From Octopus vulgaris (taxonomy: Eukaryota): 64,000 nt of DNA. The notes under the pieces were generated by a model. That model worked only from the letters and a program-made list of their open reading frames with translations. It was not told the DNA's origin and made no database searches. A program made the position numbers and the translations under genes. Numbering within the stretch: the stretch's first letter is position 1; every line of letters begins with the position of its first letter. Below are positions 13,730-28,385 of this stretch, one piece after another. The stretch lies in contig OX597814.1 in assembly GCA_951406725.2 (NCBI GenBank), positions 184,388,001 to 184,452,000 of the forward strand, given 5' to 3'.

Positions 13730-14098
13730 ATTATTATTATATTATTATTATCATTATTATTATTAATGTTGCTGGTATTATTGTTGATGTTTTTGTAGAT
13801 GATATTCTCGCAGCTAACCTCACCAGCACCCATCCACCACAATCCCCCCCACCACCACCACCACCGCCGCCGCCATTATCACGAGCGCTTACGCTGACAT
13901 ACATGCTCATTTTTATATATATAAGGAAGGCTGTATGTTAGTCATACGTTATAGATCTGATGCTAACCGGAAATCGCTTTATGTAACTCTATCCATCAGG
14001 TCTTGGACTCAGTAGATGATGGCAGTGATTGTGCTGGTAGCAGCAACAACAACAACAACAACAACAACAGCAGCACCAGCAACAGTAGCAGCAGCAGC

Positions 14099-14136
<38 letters not shown>

Positions 14137-14625
14137 AACCTGATGATCGTCATGGCAGACCTTGTATCAATCAGCATTGGTTATGTTGATAGTGATGGTG
14201 GCTGTCTGTTGTAAGAAGCGATGGTTGTTCTGTTGCGTGCTTATAGTTCGTAGCAGTCACATGGACAGTTGCGCCAATGGCACTGATGTCCTCTTAATTG
14301 TTATATGGGTGACGGTGGCGCCACTACATTCAATATCTTTGCTGTAGTCATGTCGGCTGTTGAGAAACTGCAATATTTTTTCTAAAATTAGTAAATCTAA
14401 TAAAGCCAGTTACTGGATTTTTCCTGTTTGTGTGTATGAGGTTATGTACGTACGTACGTATGCATGTATGTTTGTATGTATGTATAAATATATATATATA
14501 TATATTTATTTATTTATTTATAAATATACATATACACACACATACATATATACGTATATACATTGCACGTATATATATATACGCATGTATAAGCACACAC
14601 ACACACACAAACACACACATGCACA

Positions 14626-14673
<48 letters not shown>

Positions 14674-14746
14674 CATATATACATATATATACATTACACG
14701 TAGATACACATGTATAAGCACACACACATACGCACGCATATATATA

Positions 14747-14796
<50 letters not shown>

Positions 14797-15704
14797 AAGA
14801 TGAAGCAATCATCATATATATATAATGTATGTATGTATACATATATCGTTTTTGCTTTAGCTATCCCATTACTAACATATCGTAGAAAGATGTTGATGAT
14901 AATGATGATGAAGCTGATGATGATGATACTGGGATTTTTGTTGTTGTTGTTGTTGTTGTTGTTATTGTTGTTGTTGCCGTTGCTTTGTTGTTGTAATGGT
15001 TGTGATCGCTTGCATCTTCTTGTGCCAAAACAACTTTGAACAACATCATCTACAAAAATAACGCCAGCAGCATCATCATTTTTAGCATCAGCGTCGTCGT
15101 CGTCGTCGTGCTCCACCTCCTCCTCGTTCTCCTTCTCGCCCCCCTTTATCATCATTATCATCATATTATAATCACCAATAAAGAGCAGCCACTACAACGA
15201 CAAGACGAGAAACACCAGCAATAAGAACAAAAACCACAAACACTACCACCACCACCACCACCACAACAACAACAACAACAACATAAACAGAAGCAACAAG
15301 AACTGCAGCAGCAGCAGTAGCAGCAGCAGTAGCAGCAACAGCAACAGCAGTAGCAGCAATGAGCAGAGATAGGAGTAACAAGATTACTATCGACGACAAC
15401 ACACATGGCAATCGATGGCTTCTGTCTACACTGAACCAGGCAGAAAATGGAAGTAAAAATACAGTCCAGTTGTTTCCGTTGCATAACAACGAGTTAATTG
15501 TCGCATTGGAGAAAGAATAGCTTCTGCCATTATCCTATATATAACTATGTTATTATCAGATACCTTATTTTAATGTGGTTGGAGGAGAATACATTGATCT
15601 TCTTTCCCTTTCGTAATTTCTGCATTTACTGAGGTCACAATGGCTTTCTTCTGTGAGAATCATTTCCAGAAATTTCGTTGCAAACGGAATATCTACGAAA
15701 CGCT

Positions 15705-16146
15705 CGGTTCTTTCTTTCTTTCTTTCTTTCTTTATTTATTTATTTATTTATTTATTTCGTTCTTTCGTTCTTTCTTTCTTTTTTCTTTCTTTCGTTCTTT
15801 CTTTCTTTTGTTCTTTCTTTCTTTCGTTTTTTCTTTCGTTCTTTCGTTCTTTCTTTCTTTCATTCGTTCTTTCTTTCTTTTGTTCTTTCTTTCTTTTTTT
15901 CTTTCGTTCTTTCATTCTTTCTTTCATTCGTTCTTTCTTTCTTCTTTCCTTCCGTCCTTTCTCTCTTTCGTTTTTCTTTCTTTCTCTCTTTCTTTCTTTC
16001 TTTCTCTCTTTCCTTCTTTCTTTCGTTCGTTCGTTCTTTCTTTCTTTCTGTCGTTCTTTCTTTCCTTCTTTCTCTCTTTCTTTCTTTCTTTCTCTGTTTC
16101 CTTCCTTCTTTCTTTCTTTCGTTCTTTCTTTCGTTCTTTCTTTCTT
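15705..16146. repeat. Degenerate (TTTC)n/(TTCG) polypyrimidine tract
   Basis: About 440 bp tetranucleotide-based tract. Confidence 0.95.
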
Positions 16147-16861
16147 GTCGATTCCGCAGATTATTGTTGGTATAACGGATTAACGGGGTGACGATGTAAA
16201 TACTTGTGGACTTTTTTTAAATATACATTCTAAGTTCAAATGCTGCCGGGATTGACTTTGCTTTTATCGCTTCGAGATCGATAAAATAAGTCCCAGTTGA
16301 GCACTGGGATCGATTTAATCAACAGAACTCCAGCCTCGAAACTGCTGGCCTTTTTCCAAAATTTAAAATTATTTTATAGTGAGGGCGCATGGCCTAGTGG
16401 AATGGTGTTGCACTCACGATCAAGAGACCGTAGTTTCAATTCCTAGAGCGGGTAGTGCGTTGTGTTATTTAGCATGGCGCTTCATCTCATGTTACTCTAC
16501 GACTTCGACACCGGAAGTGCTTCATGTATTTCGTGTATACTGAACTCGTTTTTCATCTGTTCCACACACACACACACACATACAAAAGTATAAATGCCTG
16601 GTCGAAAGTTCCAGCCCTTGAGTTGCTTTTATTTTTTTACTTCCTACCGATTAAAAAATATTGGTTTCTAATTTTGGATCAAGGCCAGCGGTTTGGAAAA
16701 GGGGTTAAGTTAGTTACATCAACCCTACAGCTAGACCTATGCTTATTTTATCAACAACGAAATGATGAAGGGCAAAGTCGACCTCGGCGAGATTTGAACT
16801 GACAATGTCGATCAAAAATATTAAAACATATACATGTTCTTGGCGTCGATTTGATGGAGAA

Positions 16862-16913
<52 letters not shown>

Positions 16914-17009
16914 AATGTGCAGCACAACCTTTTGATCACTATAAACAAATAATTTTTGCAGATAGCAGTACACTCATACATCATCTTAGACGAGAGAGCC
17001 CATCATCAT

Positions 17010-17412
17010 CATTATTATCACTATATTTTACTTTTAACGGGTCTTGTGCCTAGGTAATCATCCTGGAACGAGTGAAGGATAAGAGCTATTACAATATAAT
17101 TGAAAACTTAGAGAGGGGAAGTAGCAGAGGCAGTAGCGAAATATCTTCATGTAATACAACACAAACATTTAAGTGGATAGGGTTTTACTAAGGATGTTGA
17201 CAGTACTCGTCAACACAATATTTTCGATTTCTCTGAGACATGATTCTCCTGGGATCTTATCTAGATGTTTTTGACATCCCTTTTTTTTGTCATACCTAGG
17301 ACACCCACAATAACAAGAACAGTTCTCGCTTTAAAACGCCATATCTTTGTACTTCAATTTTCAGGTCCTTATATTTACTTAAATTGTCAAATTCCTTTAC
17401 AAATATATTTCA
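17010..17412 (-). mobile_element. Older R4/Dong-like non-LTR retrotransposon 3' end
   Basis: Frameshifted minus translation KEFDNLSKYKDLKIEVQR/WRFKARTVLVIVGVLGM..HLDKIPG..IVLTSTVNILSKTLST*, matching a restriction-like endonuclease C-terminus. Confidence 0.75.
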
Positions 17413-17435
17413 TTATTATTATTATTGTTATTATT

Positions 17436-17975
<540 letters not shown>

Positions 17976-19122
17976 AGCCGGCGAGTTGGGTGATCTGTTG
18001 CAACATCGCGAGTCCGCTGCTCTAGCCACTAAGCCATGTGCGTCCACATATAAGAAATATATTTCATATTAACTTATGGTGTTTGGGGACTTTCCGGAGT
18101 CATTTTTGCCGATATGATCAGTTTACATTAATCTATAAAGTTTATAATATCATACTTGGATTGATTTTGCTGAAGGCGTTTGTTGCGTTAGATGAGAAAT
18201 ATTCTCTGGTACATTGAATCATAGCATACAGCAGCAGATATATTTCCCACAAGATTTACTATTTTCACTTCATCAAATTAAATTGAAGTTTTTATAATTA
18301 CACGTTTGTCCAAATATATGATATAAACAATGTATCACAATTGACTTTTATTTTTATTTCGTCAGCTGTAATTTTTTCCTATCCAGCACGGAATTTTGTC
18401 AGTGAACAGGTCGCGGTCTCAAAGCGACGAAAATATTTTGGCAAATTAAATTCAAATGTTGAAGTGAATCTAACGGTTTTTATGTGTTTCTTAAATGGCT
18501 TATAAACACCTTCAACGCTGCAATTGTTTTCGTTCCAGCACACGATCTCAGATCAGGTCACTTGCTATGCAGGTACATCTCCAATAATGATACAAAAAGC
18601 CAGTATTTTGGTGGGAGAAAAACACCTAAAAAAACACATGCATGGGTGCATGGTAAGATTTTCGCTTCCGAACCAATGTCGTATATTCTCATCATCATCA
18701 TCATCGTCGTCGTCGTCGTCATCGTCGTTGTCATCATCATCATCATCATCATCATCATCACCACCACCACCACCGCCACTACCACTACCACCACTACCAC
18801 CACCACCACCACCACCACCACTACCACCACCACCACTATCATCACAATCGTGCCTTTAAACCAATCTGTGAATAATATATTCGTCTCACAGAAGCGTGAT
18901 CAACATATTGAATTAGTTTGATTTCTAGTATTTCTAATAAGCGATCGGGGAAATATCGCGTGAATTAAGAAAATTTCTATTCAGCAATCCTTCGAAATTC
19001 TAGAAATGGCAAGCATCTCTCAAGATTCAATCTATTTTATGAAAAGATGAACATATTTGATAACACCATCTTAGCTACAATTTTAGGAAAAAAAACCCCC
19101 AAAAAATTCAGTTATGTGAACA

Positions 19123-19287
19123 TGCGCAGGAGTGGCTGTGTGGTAAGTAGCTTGCTTAATAACCACATGGTTCCGGGTTCAGTCCCACTGTGTGGCACCT
19201 TGGGCAAGTGTCTTCTACTATAGCCTCGGGCCGACCATAGCCTTGTGAGTGAATTTGGTAGACGGAAACTGAAAGAAGCCCGTCGTA

Positions 19288-19357
<70 letters not shown>

Positions 19358-19592
19358 TGTGCGTGTATATATGTTTGTGTGTCTGTGTTTGTCCCCCACC
19401 TAACATCGCTTGACAACCGATGCCGGTGTGTTTACGTCCCCGTAACCTAGCGGTTCGGCAAGAGAGGCCGATAGAATAAGTACTAGGCTTACAAAGAATA
19501 AGTCCTGGGATCGATTTTCTCGACTAAAGGCGGTGCTCCAGCATGGCCGCAGTCAAATGACTGAAACAAGTAAAAGAGAAAGAGAAAGAGAA
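19123..19592 (+). mobile_element. SINE family A, full length
   Basis: Complete copy. Confidence 0.92.
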
Positions 19593-19825
19593 ATGTTCAT
19601 AGCTGATATTTGTTTTGATCATATGCCTCATTTATGGTGTCTTACCTGGGGTTAAACAATAACGTCAGCGACAAAAGAAGTCAGTTCGATCTATTGGGAC
19701 TAACGGCAAGATTCTTCTCATATACTCTTCTGTTGCTGAAGCAGAATTCCTGGGGAAGGAGCAATACACTTGCTCATGAGACAGTCGAAATATATTTGAC
19801 CTTGGGATTAAAGAACAGCAATAGC

Positions 19826-19869
19826 CGCTGCTGCTGCTGTTATTATTCCTTCCCCTCCTCCTCCTCCCC

Positions 19870-19910
<41 letters not shown>

Positions 19911-19914
19911 GCTG

Positions 19915-19953
<39 letters not shown>

Positions 19954-20005
19954 TTACTACTACTACTACTACTACCAACACTACCACTGCTGTTGCTGCT
20001 ATTAA

Positions 20006-20041
<36 letters not shown>

Positions 20042-20269
20042 CATCACTACCACTGCTGTTGCTGCTGCTGTTACTACAACAACTACTACAACAACTACAA
20101 CTACTACTACTACTAATACTATTACTACCAACACTACCACTGATATTGCTGGTGCTGCTATTACTACTACTACTACTAACGCTACCACTAACACTACCAC
20201 TACTATTGCTACTACTACTACTACCACTACTACTATTACCAACACTACCACTGCTGTTGCTGCTGCTAT

Positions 20270-20326
<57 letters not shown>

Positions 20327-20350
20327 TACTACAGATGCTGATGCTGCTAT
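19826..20350. repeat. Compound (CTA)/(CTG)/(CCA) trinucleotide array
   Basis: Direct inspection. Higher-order unit ccaacactaccactg recurs. Confidence 0.95.
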
Positions 20351-20644
20351 ATTTTTTAATAATGCTGCAGATATTCTTGAGCATTTTGTTTACGATCTTT
20401 TTTTTTCTTATCTCATATCTTTGCCAAGCGTCCAAAAGGCAGTGAAAACGAAACTATAACAGTAACCAACATACGGCTATGAAACAAAATTATGAAAGTG
20501 TTAAATTAAAAGCCGAGCCTCTTTGACTTACATTTGACCTTGTCGTGCGAGGAGCAGCTCAGAAAATATTGGACATATCTATGTCTCTGTAATATCTTCA
20601 GACATATCTATGTCTCTGTAATATCTCAGTATCGTTTCAGTACC

Positions 20645-20867
20645 CTTTTACTCTTTTACTCTTTTACTCTTTTACTTGTTTCAGTCATTTGACTGCGGCC
20701 ATGCTGGAGCACCGCCTTTAGTCGAGCAAATCGACCCCGGGACTTATTCTTTGTAAGCCTAGTACTTATTCTATCGGTCTCTTTTGCCGAACCGCTAAGT
20801 GACGGGGACGTAAACACACCAGCATCGGTTGCCAAGCAATGCTAGAGAGACAAACACAGACACACAA

Positions 20868-20920
<53 letters not shown>

Positions 20921-21590
20921 CAAAGCAATAAAGGGTTTAGCAACGAATTGCCTTACCACAGACCGAATTTAGAAATAGCAGTCAAAGAGTTATAGCTATT
21001 TCTTCTACTAAAAAGGGAGATCTCAGTAAAAAACACAGCAATTGGAAGGCAGACACAAACAGGCAAGAGAGAATGAATTGACGGCAATCTATCATACAAT
21101 TTTAAGTTATCATACACTTTTAAGTTGTATGATAGATTGCCGTCAATTCATTCTCTCTTGCCTGTTTGTGTCTGCCTTCCAATTGCTGTGTTTTTTACTG
21201 AGATCTCCCTTTTAGTAGAAGAAATAGCTATAACTCTTTGACTGCTATTTCTAAATTCGGTCTGTGGTAAGGCAATTCGTTGCTAAACCCTTTATTGCTT
21301 AGTATTACTTACATTTTCCTCAAATGAGGCTTTTACATGCCGAAGACTACTTGGTGTAATTGATAATTATTCCAAATTAATTAATTTCACCCTTCATTAT
21401 TACTATATATATATACATATATACGATAGGCTTCTTTCAGTTTCCGTCTACCAAATCCACTCACCAGGCTTTGGTCAGCCCGAGGCTATAGCAGAAGACA
21501 CTTGCCCAAGATGCCACGCAGTGGGATTGAACCCGGAACCATGTGGTCGGTTAGCAAGCTACTTACCACACAGCCACTCCTGCGCCTATA
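20645..21590 (-). mobile_element. SINE family A interrupted in its (TA)n by a fold-back element
   Basis: Tail half 20645-20920, head half 21405-21590. Confidence 0.9.
20921..21404. mobile_element. Fold-back element, 177/176-bp inverted arms plus unpaired tail
   Basis: 20923-21099 is the reverse complement of 21125-21300, differing by one homopolymer indel. Tail 21301-21404 resembles 58581-58672. Confidence 0.9.
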
Positions 21591-22441
21591 ACCATGCTTA
21601 ACGACCACAACGACAACAAGAACAAGAAGAACAACGACAACAGAAATAAAAACCAGCAAATAAAAACGATGACAAAGATGACGAGATGCAAAGTGCAATA
21701 GGAAATATCTGTAGCATTCAACAACATGTGAAGCTGGATTAAATCAAGCCAGAAACAAGCTGGGTATATGAAGCAGGTCGAGTATTTTGGCAATAATCTC
21801 GAAGATTCCAATAAAAACTACAAATATATCAATGATTTTTTGGCAGCTTTACGGAAACCCGTATGAACACAAAAACATCGTTACCGACATTTTCCATATA
21901 AATAATCTTTCTGCAAATGTTTTATTTAACAGCAGAAATGCTATTCACACTTTCATTTTCTGTTCTCCAAAACGACTTCTTTCCTCTCAGCGGACTTTTA
22001 GTTTCTTCATTCATATCTTTCAATCTTTCTTTCTGGTTTTCTTTTCTTCCTTCCTTTATTTCTATTTCTGTCTTTTTCTTTTCTCTCTCTCTCTCTCTCT
22101 TTCTTATTTTTTAATCTATCGAAGCCATCGCAGTAGAACTGGACACATGAACGAATAGAGCGAATCTGATAAACACAGAAAAGAAATCTGCAAGTTAACA
22201 AGGCTGATAGGTGGGGAAATAAATATGCATGCGCCGACTATGGATAAGGATGACGTTTGTATAAAGCGGTGTTCTGAGAAATGTTACCGAGATTATTCTT
22301 GTACCCGGATACGTAAAGACAATAAGAAACACAAAAAAAAAAGAAAACGAAATAACGAAATGGAAAGAAAGAGAAAAAGAAGATAAACGAACAATATATT
22401 TCCTTTCCTTGTGCTAAACATAAGAATATGCATGTACATAT

Positions 22442-22490
<49 letters not shown>

Positions 22491-22494
22491 GATG

Positions 22495-22572
<78 letters not shown>

Positions 22573-22582
22573 TGTATGTATG

Positions 22583-22631
<49 letters not shown>

Positions 22632-22635
<4 letters not shown>

Positions 22636-23004
22636 CGGGAAGCTTTATGAAAATAGACAAAAGACGAAGGCAGGTGGAAAACAAACGAACAATTGTATTA
22701 GTATGGCGCTCAGGAAATATAAATAAAACAAATCTTTAACGTTTCGAGCCTACGCTCTTCAACAGAAAGATACACAGAGAGAAAAAAAACACAGAAAGAA
22801 GGAGAGAAAAAAAATGCGTGCAGTAGCTAACGAATCAACATGGCGATCTGATTTCGGCCAGAGGTCAAAGATCAAACATGAGACGCGAGAGCGAAATAAG
22901 GGGAGATAATAGGGTTGATAATAGGGTTGAAGGACCAGCTAATAGTGCGTAGGAGGGGTCTGGACGTGTGTATGTATAGGGTTGGTGTATGTATTAGTAT
23001 GTAT

Positions 23005-23039
<35 letters not shown>

Positions 23040-23520
23040 AGAGAGTATTAGTGCGTAGGATTGGTCTGGACGTGCGTATGTATGGGGTTGGTGTATGTAT
23101 TAGTATGGCACATCATATATGATGTGATGTGTAAAGTCGTGTGGTGTAGTGAGGAGAAGAGGGGGAGGGGGAGGAGAGGGGGAAGAGGAGAGGAGGGGGA
23201 GATGGGGGGGAGAAGGAAGGGGAGGAGGGGGAGGAAGGAGGAAAGAGGGAGAGGGGGAGAGAGAAGGGGAGAGAGGGAGTGAGGGAGCAGAGGGAAGGGG
23301 AAGAGGGAAGGAGGGAGGGAGAAAGAGAGAAGGGAAGGGGAGTAGGGGTGAAAGGATGAAGGACTGAAGAAGTAGGGGTCGGGGGGAAAGGATAGGTGAG
23401 GAGGGGGGGAGAGTTGAGACCAAATGGCGTATAAGAGCGAAGAGAGAAGATCAATTCCTAGAAATCTGTTACAAAAAGAAAATTGAAACTGCACGCGGAA
23501 ATGTAAGGGGAAAGTAAGAA
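22632..23520 (-). mobile_element. PLE-like remnant with hammerhead and purine tract
   Basis: Same layout as 1633-2700 (gtggaa..aa...gtat...gcgctcaggaaa...aacgtttcgagc). G/A-rich tract at 23150-23410. Confidence 0.6.
22732..22771 (-). ncRNA. Minimal type-I hammerhead ribozyme (A6U variant)
   Basis: Minus strand reads atcttt-CTGTTGA-a-gagc(gtag)gctc-GAAA-cgtt-aaagat, with a 6-bp stem I. Confidence 0.7.
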
Positions 23521-23857
23521 AAAAAATAAGCGAAAATTCACATTGGAAAACAAAAAAAGTAAAGGCTTTTATGAACAGTAAAGATAGATATATACAATTA
23601 CATGAACTGATGTAGGAATAAAAGTAATAAAAGTCATTATTATGAATTGTTAAAGAGATTCAAAAGCATACCGGTTTCGTGAATTTACTAAACATTGTTT
23701 TGAATGCACACCGATTAATAAACGGTGTCAGGTCTACTAGACCCTGAGTAAAACGATTATGTGTAAGAGAGGTAAGAAGTTCTGGATTTGCTGCAATTAG
23801 GGTAGATATAGATCTGTAATGTGAATGGTGTATGGGATGTATAGGGGTTAATGTATT

Positions 23858-23892
<35 letters not shown>

Positions 23893-23896
<4 letters not shown>

Positions 23897-23969
23897 TTGA
23901 AGAAATGGAGCTGAACGAAGATTGAACAGAAATCGTTCAATCTTCGTTCAGCTCCATTTCTTCAATTCA
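23893..23969. repeat. Perfect 35-bp inverted repeat at the end of a TA-flanked insert
   Basis: 23893-23927 pairs with 23935-23969 around the 7-nt loop agaaatc. Insert continues to about 24127. Confidence 0.92.
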
Positions 23970-24125
23970 CTAATAATATTAAAATTCAATTATCCGCACC
24001 AACGCACGGTTACAACACCATATGGTTGTACCTCCAACCGTGCTGTCTTCTGCTGTGATTTTTGCTACCAAGGTATCGGTTAAACTTTTGATTAATCTGC
24101 TACAAGATTATTCATCTTTCTATTT

Positions 24126-24191
<66 letters not shown>

Positions 24192-24195
<4 letters not shown>

Positions 24196-24480
24196 TATTT
24201 GGGCACACGACATCACCAGCTGTGTAATCAACATGAAGTATGAAAACAAACGAGTTAAATACGCAAACAACGAGAGAAAAAATGGAAAACAGGACAAGTA
24301 ACACGGAGAACGACCCTTCATCGGTTTTCGGATGTCTATCTACTCTTCCTTTCGAGCATTCAACAACATTATGAGTCTTCGAAGACAGTTGCTCCAATAA
24401 ATTCCGAAATAAAAGTTTGAATTTATGTAGAGTCAAAGTTGGGAACAAAAACACGAATAAACCGCACGAAAATAAACATG
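24192..24480 (-). mobile_element. TA-flanked repeat with reversed-order hammerhead-like boxes
   Basis: Same layout as 27135-27320, 27430-27598 and 60030-60207. Confidence 0.55.
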
Positions 24481-24691
24481 ACAACCGGTGATGGTGTGTT
24501 TACGTCCCCGTAACTTAGCCGTACGGCAAAAATTGACCGATAGAATAAGTACTATGCTTACAAATAATAAGTAATGGAGTCGATTTGTTTGACTAAAGAC
24601 AGTGCTACTGCATGGCTGCAGTCAAATGACTGAAAAAATTAAGAGAATAAAAAAAAGAGAATTCATAAATAGAATACATAATATATAATAC

Positions 24692-24792
<101 letters not shown>

Positions 24793-24950
24793 ACACATAA
24801 ATAATATAAATTCGTATTTATATGTGTGTATATATGTATATATATATGTATATATATATATGTATATATATATATGTTTATATATATATATACATATATA
24901 TATATACTCACAGATACATATGTATGTATTTAATAATCTAAAAACCATAA

Positions 24951-25016
<66 letters not shown>

Positions 25017-26209
25017 CATGTATATACATGAATGTATGTATATATGTTTGTATGTAAGTATATACGTACGTATGTATGAATGTACATGTAAGCTTCCTAA
25101 AAGTTAATTTGAGTATGTTTTACGTCTGGTTACCATAGAGAGTTTGGTGGAGACTCAAGAACGAATATTAAAAAGAGTGTAGGTGTAGGCTGTGTTAGAG
25201 ATAATGACGTGAATTCGACGAGTTTCTTCGGCAAGTAAAGAACTCCGTAGAGAGATAAGCACTGATTCAAAGAACACAGCAGCATAAGAATAGAAACGAG
25301 CAGATAATGCTGGAAGAACTAAAAAGATTAATTGAAGATATCAGAGGATATTGAACAAGTTTACGTTCGCTCAGACGTTTACATATCTGCATAGAGCTAA
25401 GTATAATTAATCCTATTGCGCGTATTCTGTGGATGTGTTATGCAAGCATGTATATTATACATGTGCGCATGTACATGCATGCATGCATGTATGTGTATGC
25501 ATGTATGCAAAGTGTCGTTGTACAAAGTGTCATTTGAGCGCGTCAGATGAAAATTGTATTAGTTCTGACTCTATGCGGTCAGAGTTCAAATCCTACACAG
25601 ATCAAATTTTCATTATCCCAGGATCGATAAATGAAATACTAGAAAAATATAGGGGTGATTGCTTCTCTCTCTCTCTCCCTCTCTCTCCCTCCCTCCCCCT
25701 CTCTCTCTCTCACGGAATCGGCTATTTTGGGCTGTAAAAGGAGTTGTAGGGTTTCTTTCTCCATGAATGAAGGTTAAGCGAATATTAAGAAAACATTTCT
25801 CGTGTGTTCTGTGGGTGTGTGTGCGTTTGTTCTTTTGTTCAGTCATTTGACTGCGGCCTTGCTGGAGTTGCGCCTTTAGTTGAACAAATCAATCCCACTT
25901 GCTCTTTGTAAGCCTAGTACTTTCCTCTCGGTCTGTGTTTGTCCCCCCACCATCGCTTGAAAACCGATGTTGGTGTATTTACGACCCCGTATCTTGGTGG
26001 TTCGGCAAAAGTGACAGATAGAATAAGTACTAGGCTTACAAAGAATAAGTCCTGGGGTCAATTTGTTTAACTAAAGGTGGTGCTCCAGCATGGCTGCAGT
26101 CAAATTCTTGAAACAAGTAAAAGAATATACATATATGTATATATGTATGTATATATAGGTATGCATGTATATATGTGTATATATATATGTTTACACACAC
26201 ACACACTAC

Positions 26210-26261
<52 letters not shown>

Positions 26262-26324
26262 GGTGGTGGTGGTGGTGGTGGTAGTAGTAGTAGTAGTAGT
26301 GGTGGTGGTGGTGGTGGTGGTGGT

Positions 26325-26399
<75 letters not shown>

Positions 26400-26998
26400 T
26401 GTAGTAGTAGTAGTAGTGTTGGCGATAGCGGCGTTACGTGTGTCTGTCTGTATATATCCAAGAACGCGCATAGAGATGTATATATTTATTTACTTGTACA
26501 GAAATGTATGCACATGTGTTTGTATTTACTCATACATGTTTGTGTCTACGCTTATCCGACTACGTTATCTCTGGACTTTTTTCTTATTGACTTGCGACTT
26601 TTCCGATCTTGATTAAACCCGATGATGATTTTTTTTTTTTTTTTTTTTGGTTTTTGGTTTTTGTTTAGTCTTACAAATATTTGATTAGTTTTTCCCGTCT
26701 CAGTTTTTTTTTTTCTTCTCTCCTCTCTGTAAGATTGTCTATATTTGCAATGGCGTCAATTGTTTGGGTGAGTGAGGATTTAGTCGATATTTTTAGCGAG
26801 AAAATTTTCATTCGAAGAACCGATAACAAATTAAACACTGATGAATCAGTCTTTTCTCTTATAAAGATCTTTAGACTATCGTCGGATTATTGCGAACGAA
26901 ACCATTAAATAAAGAAATGAAGCGCATATATCTTCTATCTATATTTGGGACGCCCTGGAGCTTTTCAAACTAATTAAAGAAAAGAAACAAAATTTATA

Positions 26999-27098
<100 letters not shown>

Positions 27099-27321
27099 TT
27101 TTATATATATAGCTATAGATATATATACATGCATATATGGGTACAGGACGTCAAAAATATGTGGACAAAATGAGAAACGAGAACATAAAAAACAAAAAAC
27201 GTGGAAAACGAACTTTTTTTTCGAACAACGAAAGAAACAAATAGAGAAACGAGACAGGCAAGATAAAGAACATTCCCTTCATCGGTTATCCTCTGTTCCA
27301 TCTACACCGCGTTTCGAAGAT

Positions 27322-27354
<33 letters not shown>

Positions 27355-27602
27355 TTAATAAATAAAACATATGCATATATATATATACATATATGTACGT
27401 ACCTACCTCTACATGTATATATACACGCATATATGAGTACAGGACACCAAAAAACGTCGAACACAATGAGAAACGAAAACATAGACACAAACACAAGGAA
27501 CTGGACATTTTTCTTAAACAACAACAAAATAGAGTACAGGACAAATAACACAAGGAAAAAACCCCTTCTTCAGTCGCCATGGTTTCATCTACTCTACGGA
27601 GT

Positions 27603-27752
27603 AAGCACATAAATGCGAAACATGCTAAAAAGAAGCAAAAATATCACCAAAATTGTTACTCACAGTTTCAATTTTAACCGTCCGACGAACGGGAATGTGA
27701 AACTCTGGGTAACAGTTTTTGTGATATTTTTGCTGCCTTTTAATAAAGTATA
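27603..27752. mobile_element. Fold-back PLE-like element with hammerhead
   Basis: Arms 27634-27670 / 27698-27734. Plus-strand hammerhead 27676-27717 reads aaccgt-CCGACGA-acg(ggaa)tgt-GAAA-ctctggGTA-acagtt. Same family as 37190-37425. Confidence 0.75.
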
Positions 27753-27769
27753 TATATATATATATATAT

Positions 27770-28385
27770 AGGCTCAGGATCGGCTGTGTGGTAAGTAGCT
27801 TGCTTAACAACCACATGGTTCCGGATTCAGTCCCACTGCGTGGCACCTTGGGCAAGTGTCATATACTCTAGCCTCGGTCTAACCAAAGCCTTGTGAGTGG
27901 ATTTGGTAGATGGAAACTGAAAGAAGCCCATCGTATGTATATATATATATATATAAAAGGCGGCGAGTTGGCAGAAACGTTAGCACGCCGGGCGAAATGC
28001 GTAGCCGTATTTCGTCTGCCGTTACGTTCTGAGTTCAAATTCCGCCGAGGTCGACTTTGCCTTTCATCCTTTCAGGGTCGATAAATAAAGTACCAGTTAC
28101 GCACTTTGTTTGTCCCCTCTGTGTTTAGCCCCTTGTGGGCAATAAAAATATATATATATGTGTGTGTACGTGTGTGTGTATTTGTACCTCCCCACAAACT
28201 CGCTTGACAACCGATGCTGGTGTGTTTACTTCCCCGTAACCTAGCGGTTCTGCCAAAGAGACCGATAGAATAAGTACTAGGGTTCCAAACAATAAGTCTG
28301 GGGTCGATTTGCTCGAGTAAAGGCGGTGCTCCAGCATGGCTGCAGTCAAAGGATTCAAACAAATAAAAGAATAAAAGAAAAGAAA
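27770..28385 (+). mobile_element. SINE family A with a family B SINE (27957-28147) nested in its (TA)n
   Basis: Family A head 27770-27950 and tail 28150-28385, with family B between them. Confidence 0.88.

Noticed and set aside
13990-15520. Gln/Asn/Ser-rich stretches resembling low-complexity exons
   Set aside because: Every frame has stops or no recognisable domain. RNA-seq would be needed.
19665-20435. 256-aa Ser-rich minus-strand ORF, the longest in the window
   Set aside because: Mostly a trinucleotide array. The unique ends match no domain I recognise, and the nearby AG|GTAAGA lies past the stop in repeat-like sequence.
20572-20627. 26-bp tandem duplication (gacatatctatgtctctgtaatatct)
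   Set aside because: Ordinary slippage-type duplication with no further structure.
22906-22930. gataatagggtt repeat as telomeric sequence
   Set aside because: Only two 11-bp units and not TTAGGG.
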